In this document: positions 18,756 through 26,448 of the stretch, piece by piece | Layout of the letters: each line of letters starts with the position of its first letter | Position numbering within the stretch: position 1 is the stretch's first letter | Assembly: GCA_007376405.1 (NCBI GenBank) | Contig: VMGD01000005.1 | Coordinates: forward strand, 2,372-66,371 | From: Microgenomates group bacterium Gr01-1014_7 | GTDB taxonomy: Bacteria > Patescibacteriota > Microgenomatia > Daviesbacterales > UBA10151 | Reading direction: 5' to 3' | DNA length: 64,000 nt | Made by a program: the position numbers and the translations under genes | The notes under the pieces: model-generated | Told to the model about the DNA's origin: nothing | Database searches by the model: none | Seen by the model: only the letters and a program-made list of their open reading frames with translations

Positions 18756-19654
18756 AGTCTAAATACTCTCATCTTTGCTGATCTCGCTCTCGGATTCTCA
18801 TTTATCTCCTGTGCATTAGGTAAAATCGGCTTCTTGGTTAAAACCTGACCCCATCCTTGATCTTGCCACCTTGCAAAAGTATCCTTAACGATCCGGTCCT
18901 CAAGTGAGTGAAAACTAATAATCACAATGTGACCATTTTTTTCTATTAAATCTTTTACTTCCTCCAAACCTGTCTCTAAAGCACCCAGTTCATCATTGAC
19001 TGCAATCCGCAAAGCCTGAAATACTCTGGTAGCCGGATGTATTTCCCAGTTCCTTGTCCCAACCCTCCGATAAACTCCTTCCACCAAACCAGCCAGTTCT
19101 TTTGTGGTCCTTACTCCACGGGAGCTGACCAAAGCAGAAGCCACCTGCCAAGAATACTTTTCTTCACCAAAATTAGAAAATAATTCATACAACTCCTTTC
19201 TTGTTAAAATTTTAATCAGATCCAGTGCCCTAACTCCTAAACCCGGATCCATTCTCATATCCAAAGGGCCATTCTTAGCAAAAGAAAAACCCCTTTCGGG
19301 GCTCATCAGTTGCAAACTGGATACCCCTAAATCAAAAATTGCACCTGCAAACTTCTGATCCGCCCTGAGCGAAATCGAAGGGTCCGTCTGCTTATTTAAT
19401 AAATCTTTTAATTCTCTAAAATTACCCTGAATAAGCTTGTACTTACTCTCATCTATCCCTAAATCTTTAAATCTTTTTTGCACTCTTTTAAGGGCTTGCG
19501 GGTCAATGTCTAAACCAACGACCCTCCCACCCCGCGCGATTAGTTCTATACAGTGCCCTCCGTCGCCTAAAGTACAATCTATATACCAGGCATCTCGGAC
19601 CGAGAGTGCATCTATCGCTTCCCTAAGAAGAACGGGCTTGTGATATCCTTCCAT
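18752..19654 (-). CDS. rsmH: 16S rRNA (cytosine1402-N4)-methyltransferase RsmH (MraW)
   Basis: MEGYHKPVLLREAIDAL...YIDCTLGDGGHC...FDLGVSSLQLMSPERGFSF are the typical MraW motifs, and the gene follows mraZ. Confidence 0.9.
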   Translation of the reverse strand: MEGYHKPVLLREAIDALSVRDAWYIDCTLGDGGHCIELIARGGRVVGLDIDPQALKRVQKRFKDLGIDESKYKLIQGNFRELKDLLNKQTDPSISLRADQKFAGAIFDLGVSSLQLMSPERGFSFAKNGPLDMRMDPGLGVRALDLIKILTRKELYELFSNFGEEKYSWQVASALVSSRGVRTTKELAGLVEGVYRRVGTRNWEIHPATRVFQALRIAVNDELGALETGLEEVKDLIEKNGHIVIISFHSLEDRIVKDTFARWQDQGWGQVLTKKPILPNAQEINENPRARSAKMRVFRL

Positions 19655-20048
19655 AGTCTCTTTCTATGTTCGCTAAATGCTTTTTCCAAATCTTATTATT
19701 CCAAACCTCAAAATGATCACCCGCGCCAATTATCGCCACATCCTCTTTTACGCTAGCGAAATCAAGCAGGGCCGACGGTATAATTATCCGACCTTGGCTA
19801 TCAAGCTCCACCGATTCGCTGCCGGAAAACAGGTATCTGCGCAAATACCTGGCCCGTTCTTCCGTTGCTGAAATTTCAAGTTGCTTTTTCGCTTCTACCT
19901 CGAAATCTAATATGTCAAATCCCCAAATGCATCCTTCAAATCCCCTGCTTAAAATAACTTCCTTGCTTTTTAACTCTTGCCTGAATTTTCGAGGTAAAAT
20001 TATTCTTCCTTTTCCGCTAAACTTTGTTTGATATTCGCCCAAAAACAT
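19623..20048 (-). CDS. mraZ: Division/cell wall cluster transcriptional regulator MraZ
   Basis: 141 aa beginning MFLGEYQTKFSGKGRIILPRKFRQEL with a second DXXXR-type repeat (SQGRIIIPSALLDFA); it is the first gene of the dcw cluster. Confidence 0.9.
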   Translation of the reverse strand: MFLGEYQTKFSGKGRIILPRKFRQELKSKEVILSRGFEGCIWGFDILDFEVEAKKQLEISATEERARYLRRYLFSGSESVELDSQGRIIIPSALLDFASVKEDVAIIGAGDHFEVWNNKIWKKHLANIERDYGRISQARSS

Positions 20049-20074
20049 GAGGTCATCCTCTTTTATCTCGTCGA

Positions 20075-20233
20075 AGTCCCGATCATTCGGGACAAAGGCG
20101 GACTTTCTGGGCAGAATATTGTGTCCCTCGAAGTCCCGATCATTCGGGACGTAGTGGGATCACCTTAAATCACCATCTATCTCCATTTTGAACCATTATA
20201 AACCCACTTGTCAAGTCCCAATTTTATTGGGAC
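20075..20233 (-). promoter_or_regulatory. mraZ upstream region holding three related palindromes: GTCCCGAtcatTCGGGAC twice (20075-20092 and 20132-20149, inside 23-bp direct repeats tcgaagtcccgatcattcgggac) and GTCCCAATtttATTGGGAC (20215-20233)
   Basis: Read directly from the sequence. All three share GTCCC..GGGAC half-sites. The first lies about 20 nt upstream of the mraZ RBS (AAGAGGA). Confidence 0.4.
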
Positions 20234-20375
20234 GCAGACCCTGAGTTGATCGAAGGGTCAAGGGGTATTTTTTACAAAAATATCCCGCAGACCCCGTAAA
20301 ATCGCAGCACGAACCGTGAACGAATAGTTCTGAAAAGGTGAGTGCTGAGATTAGATGGGGTCAAGAACAGATTTA

Positions 20376-21266
20376 TTATTTCTTGGGGATTAAAACAGCA
20401 AATATGCCGGCACCGGAGGCTTTCCCGGTAAACTTACTTCCATCAAGCGCTGCCTCCGGCTCCACCCATTTATTTTGCGAATCATCATATCTTGCCAGTT
20501 TTGCGCCAAGTGGCGGATTTTCAGCCAGCTCCAAGCTAACATTTCCTCCGGGCAAACTCTTGGCAATTGGCACATTCAAAGCGTAAACCTTTCCCAAAAC
20601 TATCTTACCTTCCGGCAGTTTTGGCACTCCTGTTAAATCATTAATTATAGAAAAACCTATATTGGATAAGGCTTGCCTGTCTGCATTTATTTTATAAACA
20701 AAATGTCCATCTCCGGAGGTTAAATTCCCCAAAGCCACATCAGGTTTTTGCAAATGCCACTGTGTTACCATTCTGTATGCCTTACTACCCTTTCTAATGT
20801 GCAGAGTTAAGGTGCCATTCTCAACTCCTTTATCATATTTACAAACATTTTGACTGCAGGTCCCGAATAAAATCTCCTGTTCATATTCTCCTTTTTTATC
20901 TTTGGTATCAATTGTTCCCTGCACTCCCCTGTCAATACTACCGGAGCCCGTAGCGGATTCTTCTTCCCGGTTTCCGGCAACCCTAATCTCCATTACTTTT
21001 GAGGTATAGGCCAGCTCATATGTTATGGCATCATAACTGGCAGTTCTTTTAAGGTTTAAAACTAAAGCATTGCCGTCGCGGCGGGGGTAAAGTAGCGCAT
21101 ATGGTCCTTCCGCATCAAAAGTTAAATCAACTCCTTCCACCGGCCCGGAATCTTTATTAATGAAGTTTTGAAAACCTAATATCCCTAATACCCCCACTAT
21201 CCCTAATACCCCAATCAGAGTAGCTGTAACCTTATGCGCAGCAAACCAGACTTTCAGTTTATCCAT
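20376..21266 (-). CDS. Hypothetical membrane-anchored extracytoplasmic protein
   Basis: 296 aa with an N-terminal signal-anchor (VTATLIGVLGIVGVLGILGF); the rest is hydrophilic with no recognisable motif. Confidence 0.5.
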   Translation of the reverse strand: MDKLKVWFAAHKVTATLIGVLGIVGVLGILGFQNFINKDSGPVEGVDLTFDAEGPYALLYPRRDGNALVLNLKRTASYDAITYELAYTSKVMEIRVAGNREEESATGSGSIDRGVQGTIDTKDKKGEYEQEILFGTCSQNVCKYDKGVENGTLTLHIRKGSKAYRMVTQWHLQKPDVALGNLTSGDGHFVYKINADRQALSNIGFSIINDLTGVPKLPEGKIVLGKVYALNVPIAKSLPGGNVSLELAENPPLGAKLARYDDSQNKWVEPEAALDGSKFTGKASGAGIFAVLIPKK

Positions 21267-21267
21267 C

Positions 21268-22572
21268 TCACGTTATCTTATCATCCAGGTACTTCCTTAA
21301 GTCAACTATTTTTACCCTGTCCTGTTTGGCGCTGTCCCTATCTCTTACTGTCACCATCTCATCCTCCAGACTCTGAAAATCTACGGTAATACAAAATGGG
21401 GTCCCTATCTCATCCTGAGAAGCATACCTTCCCCCAATATTCCCCCTGTCATCCCAAACTACCATGAAATCTTTCTTTAAATCAAGGTAGATTTCTTTTG
21501 CTTTTTTCACCAGCTCGGGCTTATTAGCTAGAAGCGGAAAAACAGCTGCTTTAAATGGAGCAAGTTTTGGATGAAGTTTCAAAATTACTTTACCGTCTTT
21601 TTCACTATAAGCATCAATCAGGAAAAACAATGCAGCTCTGTCAACTCCGCCCGAGGTTTCTATAACCCATGGCAGATATTCATCACCCGAATCAGGATCG
21701 CGGTATTTCATACTCTGTCCGCTATACTGCTCATGGCGGGACAAGTCCCAATCACCTCTGTTGTGTATCCCTTCAAATTCAGACCACCCGAATGGAGAAT
21801 TATATTCTATATCACATGCTGCTCGGGCATAATGAGCTCTCTCGTGTTCCTCATGATCTCTAAAGCGCAAATTTTCTTTTTTTATTCCCAGCTTCAAATA
21901 CCAGTCCATTCGCATTTTTTTCCAGTATTCAAACCACTTCTCTCCTTCTTTCTCTTTTGGCTCAATATAAAATTGATTTTCCATCTGCTCAAATTCTCTT
22001 GACCTGAAAGTAAAATTTCCCGGGGTAATCTCATTTCTGAATGCTTTTCCAATTTGGGCAATGCCAAAAGGAATCCGGACTCTGGTTGAATCCAATACGT
22101 TTTTAAAATTAACATGCACCCCCTGGGTAATTTCTCCCCTTAAGTATATTTCTGATTGTTTCTCTTCTAAAACACCTAAATAGGCTTTCACCAAAAGATT
22201 AAATTTCCGGGCCTCTGTAAACTCATGTTGGGAATTACCCTCAATACATTTCTCTGCAACATCGAGCTTATCGGCCCGGAATCTTTTGTGGCATTTTTTG
22301 CATTCCACCAGAGGATCTGTAAAAGCTTCGACATGGCCGGATGCTTCCCAGGTTTTGGGATTCATCATAATGGCCGCGTCCAATCCCACAATATCTTCGC
22401 GAAGCTGCACCATATCTTTCCACCACTGATTCTTTATATTTCTTTTTAGTTCTGTTCCAAGTGGTCCATAGTCCCAGGTTCCAGCCAGCCCCCCATAAAT
22501 TTCCGAGCCGGGGTAGATAAATCCCCGCCTTTTACATAAAGCCACAATTTTTTGCATTAAATCATTATCCAT
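21268..22572 (-). CDS. glyQS: Glycyl-tRNA synthetase, dimeric (alpha2) class II type
   Basis: MDNDLMQKIVALCKRRGFIYPGSEIYGGLAGTWDYGPLGTELKRNIK is a typical GlyRS N-terminus. The C-terminal anticodon-binding region is present and T-box leaders lie upstream. Confidence 0.9.
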   Translation of the reverse strand: MDNDLMQKIVALCKRRGFIYPGSEIYGGLAGTWDYGPLGTELKRNIKNQWWKDMVQLREDIVGLDAAIMMNPKTWEASGHVEAFTDPLVECKKCHKRFRADKLDVAEKCIEGNSQHEFTEARKFNLLVKAYLGVLEEKQSEIYLRGEITQGVHVNFKNVLDSTRVRIPFGIAQIGKAFRNEITPGNFTFRSREFEQMENQFYIEPKEKEGEKWFEYWKKMRMDWYLKLGIKKENLRFRDHEEHERAHYARAACDIEYNSPFGWSEFEGIHNRGDWDLSRHEQYSGQSMKYRDPDSGDEYLPWVIETSGGVDRAALFFLIDAYSEKDGKVILKLHPKLAPFKAAVFPLLANKPELVKKAKEIYLDLKKDFMVVWDDRGNIGGRYASQDEIGTPFCITVDFQSLEDEMVTVRDRDSAKQDRVKIVDLRKYLDDKIT

Positions 22573-22640
22573 ATTATTAATTTCATTCTACCATAATTGG
22601 TGCGTCTCCTAGAAAGACGCAATAATCTTTCACTATTATC

Positions 22641-22970
22641 TTAGTTGTTTTCGTTATTTTCAGGTTTTGCACCCTCATAAGGTTTAGTCATATCCAAGTT
22701 TAACTTTTCTACCGATTGATCTCTTGACTTATTTTTTTCATCAGAGAAAAGTCTTTGTCTAATTACTTCTTCTGATATACCATCATCCTCTAAAAGTTTA
22801 ACTTCTATTAGAGTCAACATTGATGTCATACATCTAAAAGCATTAGAACATCTTATATCTGGACAGGTTGGTTGACGAACATTATCATCCCAACAAGGAA
22901 AATTCAGTTGGTACTTTCTTATAGTTGCTCTCGTTTCCTCTTCTGTCCTAGGTTTTGGCATTCTTTCCAT
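22641..22970 (-). CDS. Small hypothetical Cys-containing protein (109 aa) downstream of the T-box leaders and upstream of glyQS
   Basis: Strong RBS gcagaAAGGAGGTGtttaggATG. The protein begins MERMPKPRTEEETRATIRKYQLNFPCWDDNVRQPTCPDIRCSNAFRCMTSML and then turns acidic. The ORF track's 134-aa version extends into the T-box. Confidence 0.4.
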   Translation of the reverse strand: MERMPKPRTEEETRATIRKYQLNFPCWDDNVRQPTCPDIRCSNAFRCMTSMLTLIEVKLLEDDGISEEVIRQRLFSDEKNKSRDQSVEKLNLDMTKPYEGAKPENNENN

Positions 22971-22974
22971 CCTA

Positions 22975-23149
22975 AACACCTCCTTTCTGCACATAAAAAT
23001 ATGCAAAAGGGACGGAGAATATCTAGGATATCTGCGCGGTTCCACCCAACTTTAGTCTTAAATGATTTCCATTAATAAGACTACACTCTTTTTGCTAAAA
23101 ATTACTCCATCATTGCCAGTGACTTCACAGCAATTTTCAGCAAAGTAAA
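22975..23149 (-). promoter_or_regulatory. T-box leader element 2 (proximal): GGGUGGAACCGCG, an antiterminator-like helix and a U-rich tract; its 3' strand can alternatively pair with the downstream SD
   Basis: Minus-strand RNA reads AAGUUGGGUGGAACCGCGCAGAUAUCCUAGAUAUUCUCCGUCCCUUUUGCAUAUUUUUAUGUGCAGAAAGGAGGUG. The T-box 13-mer sits at 23037-23049 and GGCA occurs upstream at 23125-23128. Confidence 0.55.
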
Positions 23150-23285
23150 TATTTAATTGTAAAAATGAAAATAGGGACGAGGTAACTCGCGGTTCCACCC
23201 TAATTGTTTAACTGGTCAAATTGCTTAAGTTAAACCCCTTAATGTAGTATAGCTCAGGGGTGCCAATATCCCCATCAACGCTAAC
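23150..23285 (-). promoter_or_regulatory. T-box leader element 1 (distal): AAUUAGGGUGGAACCGCG, a compact antiterminator, a U-rich tract, and GGC in an upstream hairpin loop
   Basis: Minus-strand RNA reads AAUUAGGGUGGAACCGCGAGUUACCUCGUCCCUAUUUUCAUUUUU (T-box at 23188-23201). A1 helix AGGG/CCCU, bulge UGGAACC, A2 helix GCGAG-UUAC-CUCGU. The upstream hairpin GGGGAUAUUGGCACCCC (23258-23274) carries GGC followed by A. Confidence 0.6.
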
Positions 23286-23290
23286 TATCT

Positions 23291-23320
23291 ATTTATATCA
23301 TATCTTTAAATTTTTTTCAA
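23291..23320 (-). promoter_or_regulatory. Near-consensus sigma-70-type promoter for the T-box leader, overlapping the recO stop codon
   Basis: On the minus strand: TTGAAA (23320-23315), a 17-nt spacer, then TATAAAT (23297-23291). Confidence 0.35.
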
Positions 23321-23923
23321 GAATTTTCTACTTTTTAATTGTCCTTCTATTACTCTTTCTACATGATATCTCAATACTCTTTCTAGTTCCAGAGCCTGTT
23401 TTTGATTTATTTCCATTTTCTCAATCTCATTCCAGGATTTTGTTTCCAATTCCTCCAGCAATTTTGTATTGGACGCCTGAAAACTAACAAAGCCCAAGTT
23501 GGATAAAATTTTAACTTCAAATGCCCGGATCAGAATTTGGCGGGGGTTGATAGATAATCTATTTAATACTTCCACCAGATGTTGATATAAAATCCTGTTT
23601 TCCTGATTTTCCGCAGTCATCTTACAAGTAAGTTCAATAATATGAAATGCATAAGTTGAAAGAGTCAAATTTGCCTTTAGTTTTGGATAAGTATCTAAGC
23701 TTTCCGCCTCTGTTAAAACCGGCATGCCTTTTCCCTGATGTAAATACAGCGAAACCCGGTTTAGAAGTTCAACATTGCCGGCCCTTCTGGAAGTAATCCT
23801 TCTTACTCCCTTACCAACCACAGAGATTTTACCCCGCTGGAGACTAAAAACAGTTAAAATCCGATCCGCCTCCCCAAAATTTTTCCTCTTTAAAATAATT
23901 CCTTCAACTTTAAACCCCGGCAT
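23306..23923 (-). CDS. recO: DNA repair protein RecO
   Basis: 205 aa beginning MPGFKVEGIILKRKNFGEADRILTVFSLQRGKISVVGKGVRR, a RecO N-terminal OB-fold signature. Confidence 0.8.
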   Translation of the reverse strand: MPGFKVEGIILKRKNFGEADRILTVFSLQRGKISVVGKGVRRITSRRAGNVELLNRVSLYLHQGKGMPVLTEAESLDTYPKLKANLTLSTYAFHIIELTCKMTAENQENRILYQHLVEVLNRLSINPRQILIRAFEVKILSNLGFVSFQASNTKLLEELETKSWNEIEKMEINQKQALELERVLRYHVERVIEGQLKSRKFLKKI

Positions 23924-23931
23924 GGAGAGAA

Positions 23932-25788
23932 TTATATCCCAAACTTGAACTCTTTATCCTGATCTAATTTAAAATCAGCTTTTTGGGAACCGTTGATTTT
24001 AATTTTATACTGAAAATCTTTGGCTCCGGGTTGTTTTTGAATTAACAGCTTATATTGATCCTGTGGAGAATATGGAATTTCATATTCTATTTCCAGCTTT
24101 CTGCTATTTTGCGGCCTGACCTGGATAAATGCTTCAAAAACGGTTTTTCCCAGATCTGCTATGGTATTAACAGTATCCTCCGACCCTTTGGAAGAAATAA
24201 GCTTACTGCCAGCCGGCACATAAAATCTGACATAATCCCGGTTAATCCCGTTTAGCCAGATATTAAAAGCCTGGGGATTTTTATATTCAACCGTAATTTT
24301 TTTGGTAACTTTCCCCCCGCTTATTTTAATTTCCTGAGTAACTGCCTGCTCAACATATAAATTTGATTTCCCCCCGGCAAAATTGGAATCATTAATATGC
24401 AAATAGTCTCCGTCAAACTCTTTTATCTGCCCTGTCCAGTTTAACTTGGCCAAACCACTCTGCAAAGCTTTATCATGCATATAAAACATGATGTGCTTGT
24501 GGTTTGCCAGCCTTGCCACAGTTTCAATAAGGGCGGGAAGTTTTTCAACATCCGCTCCCAAAGCTTTGGCCAGAATTTGCTGCATCAAAACTCCCAACAC
24601 TGCCTTTCTGTCCTTTTCTCCTTTGGCAGCAATTTCCGCATAAGATTCCAGTTCATAAATAACGTTCGGACAATTGCATCTTTTATCTATTTCTGCTGAG
24701 TATTTGGTTCCAAAAACATCAATAGGACCAGTTACTTCAATTAATTCTTCTACTACTTGCGAGTCTATATAAATAATCCCGTCAAAAGGTAAACCTTCTC
24801 CCAAAAGCTGATACATTCTTTCAAACTCTTTGGCCGAGGTTGGCACATCAGGAGAAATATTAGAATCCCTCATACTCCAGGCAGACCGGGGCTTACCGGA
24901 GACTTCAGGCAAATATTTAACAATAGGGGACGGGGGAGTCAGAGGACAAATTTTCGTCAGACAAACATTCAATAATTTTTCATCCAGCCTGTAAATATCA
25001 TCGGAGGTGGTAGCACTAACTTGCCCGTTTTTAAGCTGCAGCGTGGCAAAAGCGGTCATAAATCCCCCTGTTGCCCGGATTTCTTTGTCATTTTGAAAAA
25101 GCAGCAGATAGTTTTTCTGGGAGGGAATTCCCAAAGCAGAAGGAGCCAGAGTTAAGGCTACTTTGCCCTCTTCCACTGCCACTGCCGCACCGGCTATAAA
25201 ATTTTTAGCCAATTCTATGTTCTTTCTGATCTTTTTATTGCCAAAGCTCTCCGGGTATTTACCGGTATTGATATTTTTAACTGCCTGCGCGCCTCTTTTT
25301 AAATTATTTTCCACTTTATCCAAAAGAGTTACGGATTTATCCAGAATTTTAAGCGCTTGCGAAACCCGGTCCGGTCCGCTTTTTGGATGACCATCAAATC
25401 CCAACTCTACTTTACTTGATTCTAAATTAGTAAGGATTGTACTGAGCGCAGTTAAATCCTCAACCCCTCCTGACACTAAACCCTTAACATCTGAATAATA
25501 ACCACCCACCAAAGGAACAGCCTTCAACCAGATTAAAAAGGTCAAGGCAAAATTCATTTTCTGCAAACCATTTTTTGTGGCTGTAGTTTCGTTTTTTAAC
25601 TGGTCATAATTTTGGGCTTTGTATGCGGATATCAAACTTTTACTGTGAGATGAAACTTCTTTAAAACCAAGATAGATAAATATTGAGGGAATAATTAACA
25701 GTATTGCCAAAACAACCGGAATTCTAATCAGATTTTTCTTAAATCCGGACATCCGTTTCTTTTTAAAACTGTAATTTTGTCTATCCAT
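23932..25788 (-). CDS. DUF4012-like membrane-anchored protein (start taken at the internal ATG at 25788, abutting the sugar-transferase stop)
   Basis: N-terminal TM helix. The motif LLLFQNDKEIRATGGFMTAFATLQLKNGQV resembles the DUF4012 NNAE(L)R-TGG signature, and the gene lies next to an initiating sugar transferase. Confidence 0.55.
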   Translation of the reverse strand: MDRQNYSFKKKRMSGFKKNLIRIPVVLAILLIIPSIFIYLGFKEVSSHSKSLISAYKAQNYDQLKNETTATKNGLQKMNFALTFLIWLKAVPLVGGYYSDVKGLVSGGVEDLTALSTILTNLESSKVELGFDGHPKSGPDRVSQALKILDKSVTLLDKVENNLKRGAQAVKNINTGKYPESFGNKKIRKNIELAKNFIAGAAVAVEEGKVALTLAPSALGIPSQKNYLLLFQNDKEIRATGGFMTAFATLQLKNGQVSATTSDDIYRLDEKLLNVCLTKICPLTPPSPIVKYLPEVSGKPRSAWSMRDSNISPDVPTSAKEFERMYQLLGEGLPFDGIIYIDSQVVEELIEVTGPIDVFGTKYSAEIDKRCNCPNVIYELESYAEIAAKGEKDRKAVLGVLMQQILAKALGADVEKLPALIETVARLANHKHIMFYMHDKALQSGLAKLNWTGQIKEFDGDYLHINDSNFAGGKSNLYVEQAVTQEIKISGGKVTKKITVEYKNPQAFNIWLNGINRDYVRFYVPAGSKLISSKGSEDTVNTIADLGKTVFEAFIQVRPQNSRKLEIEYEIPYSPQDQYKLLIQKQPGAKDFQYKIKINGSQKADFKLDQDKEFKFGI

Positions 25789-26423
25789 TACACTGCTCCT
25801 TTGCCGGATAAAACAGCCGGAATAGTTTTTAGAAGAAGCCAAAGGTCATAAATGATTGAGCGTTTCTCTACATATGAAGCATCCATTTGTACTCTTTTAT
25901 CAAAATTAATCTCCGATCTTCCGGAAACCTGCCAAATACCGGTAATTCCCGGTTTGCCGGATAAAATAATCTTAACATATTTTCTGGATGAGGGATATTT
26001 TACCTGTTGATGTTCCAGCTCATCCGGATAATACGCACGCGGTCCAACCATACTCATCTCCCCTCTGAGCACATTCAAAAGCTGAGGTAGCTCATCCAGC
26101 GAATGCTTGCGGATAAACTTACCAACCGGTGTAATTCTGGGATCATTATAAAGTTTATAACTTCCCTTTTTATATTCTTCATAAAGAGCTTGAAATTTTG
26201 GATCTTTGCGCAAAAGATCATGCGCATTGGCAATCATTGAACGGAATTTATACATTTTGAAAAGCTTGCCTCCTTTTCCCACTCTCATTGGGGTATCTGC
26301 AAAAATAGGGCCTGTCGAGTCAACTTTTATGGCCAGTGCAACTAGTAAAAGTATCGGCAATAAGAAGATTAAACCTAGAACTGAACCAATGACATCTATA
26401 AATCTTTTTACAAATTGATACAT
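25788..26423 (-). CDS. Polyprenyl-phosphate phosphoglycosyl transferase (initiating sugar transferase, small PglC/WbaP C-terminal-domain type)
   Basis: KRFIDVIGSVLGLIFLLPILLLVALAIKVDSTGPIFADTPMRVGKGGKLFKMYKFRSM...ELPQLLNVLRGEMSMVGPR are the bacterial sugar transferase motifs. Confidence 0.85.
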   Translation of the reverse strand: MYQFVKRFIDVIGSVLGLIFLLPILLLVALAIKVDSTGPIFADTPMRVGKGGKLFKMYKFRSMIANAHDLLRKDPKFQALYEEYKKGSYKLYNDPRITPVGKFIRKHSLDELPQLLNVLRGEMSMVGPRAYYPDELEHQQVKYPSSRKYVKIILSGKPGITGIWQVSGRSEINFDKRVQMDASYVEKRSIIYDLWLLLKTIPAVLSGKGAV

Positions 26424-26448
26424 ATGCAGAATAAAGACATTCTATATA

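Noticed and set aside
15797-20233. CRISPR array or other repeat-spacer structure
   Set aside because: Only two or three copies of each short palindrome are present, with irregular spacing, no spacer-like unique units, and no cas genes in the window.
20255-20281. Hairpin GGGGTATTTTTT-AC-AAAAATATCCC as a terminator for the 296-aa gene
   Set aside because: It is not followed by a U tract on the relevant strand and the stem is imperfect, so there is not enough evidence for a terminator call.
22971-23045. N-terminal 25-codon extension of the small ORF (the ORF track's 134-aa version)
   Set aside because: The extension overlaps the T-box 2 antiterminator/terminator sequence and has no RBS. A strong AAGGAGGTG RBS precedes the internal ATG at 22970.
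23030-23300. Possible tRNA (the GGTTCCACCC segments resemble a T-arm)
   Set aside because: No acceptor-stem complement or anticodon arm could be built. On the opposite strand the same bases read as the T-box consensus AGGGTGGAACCGCG, which explains them better.
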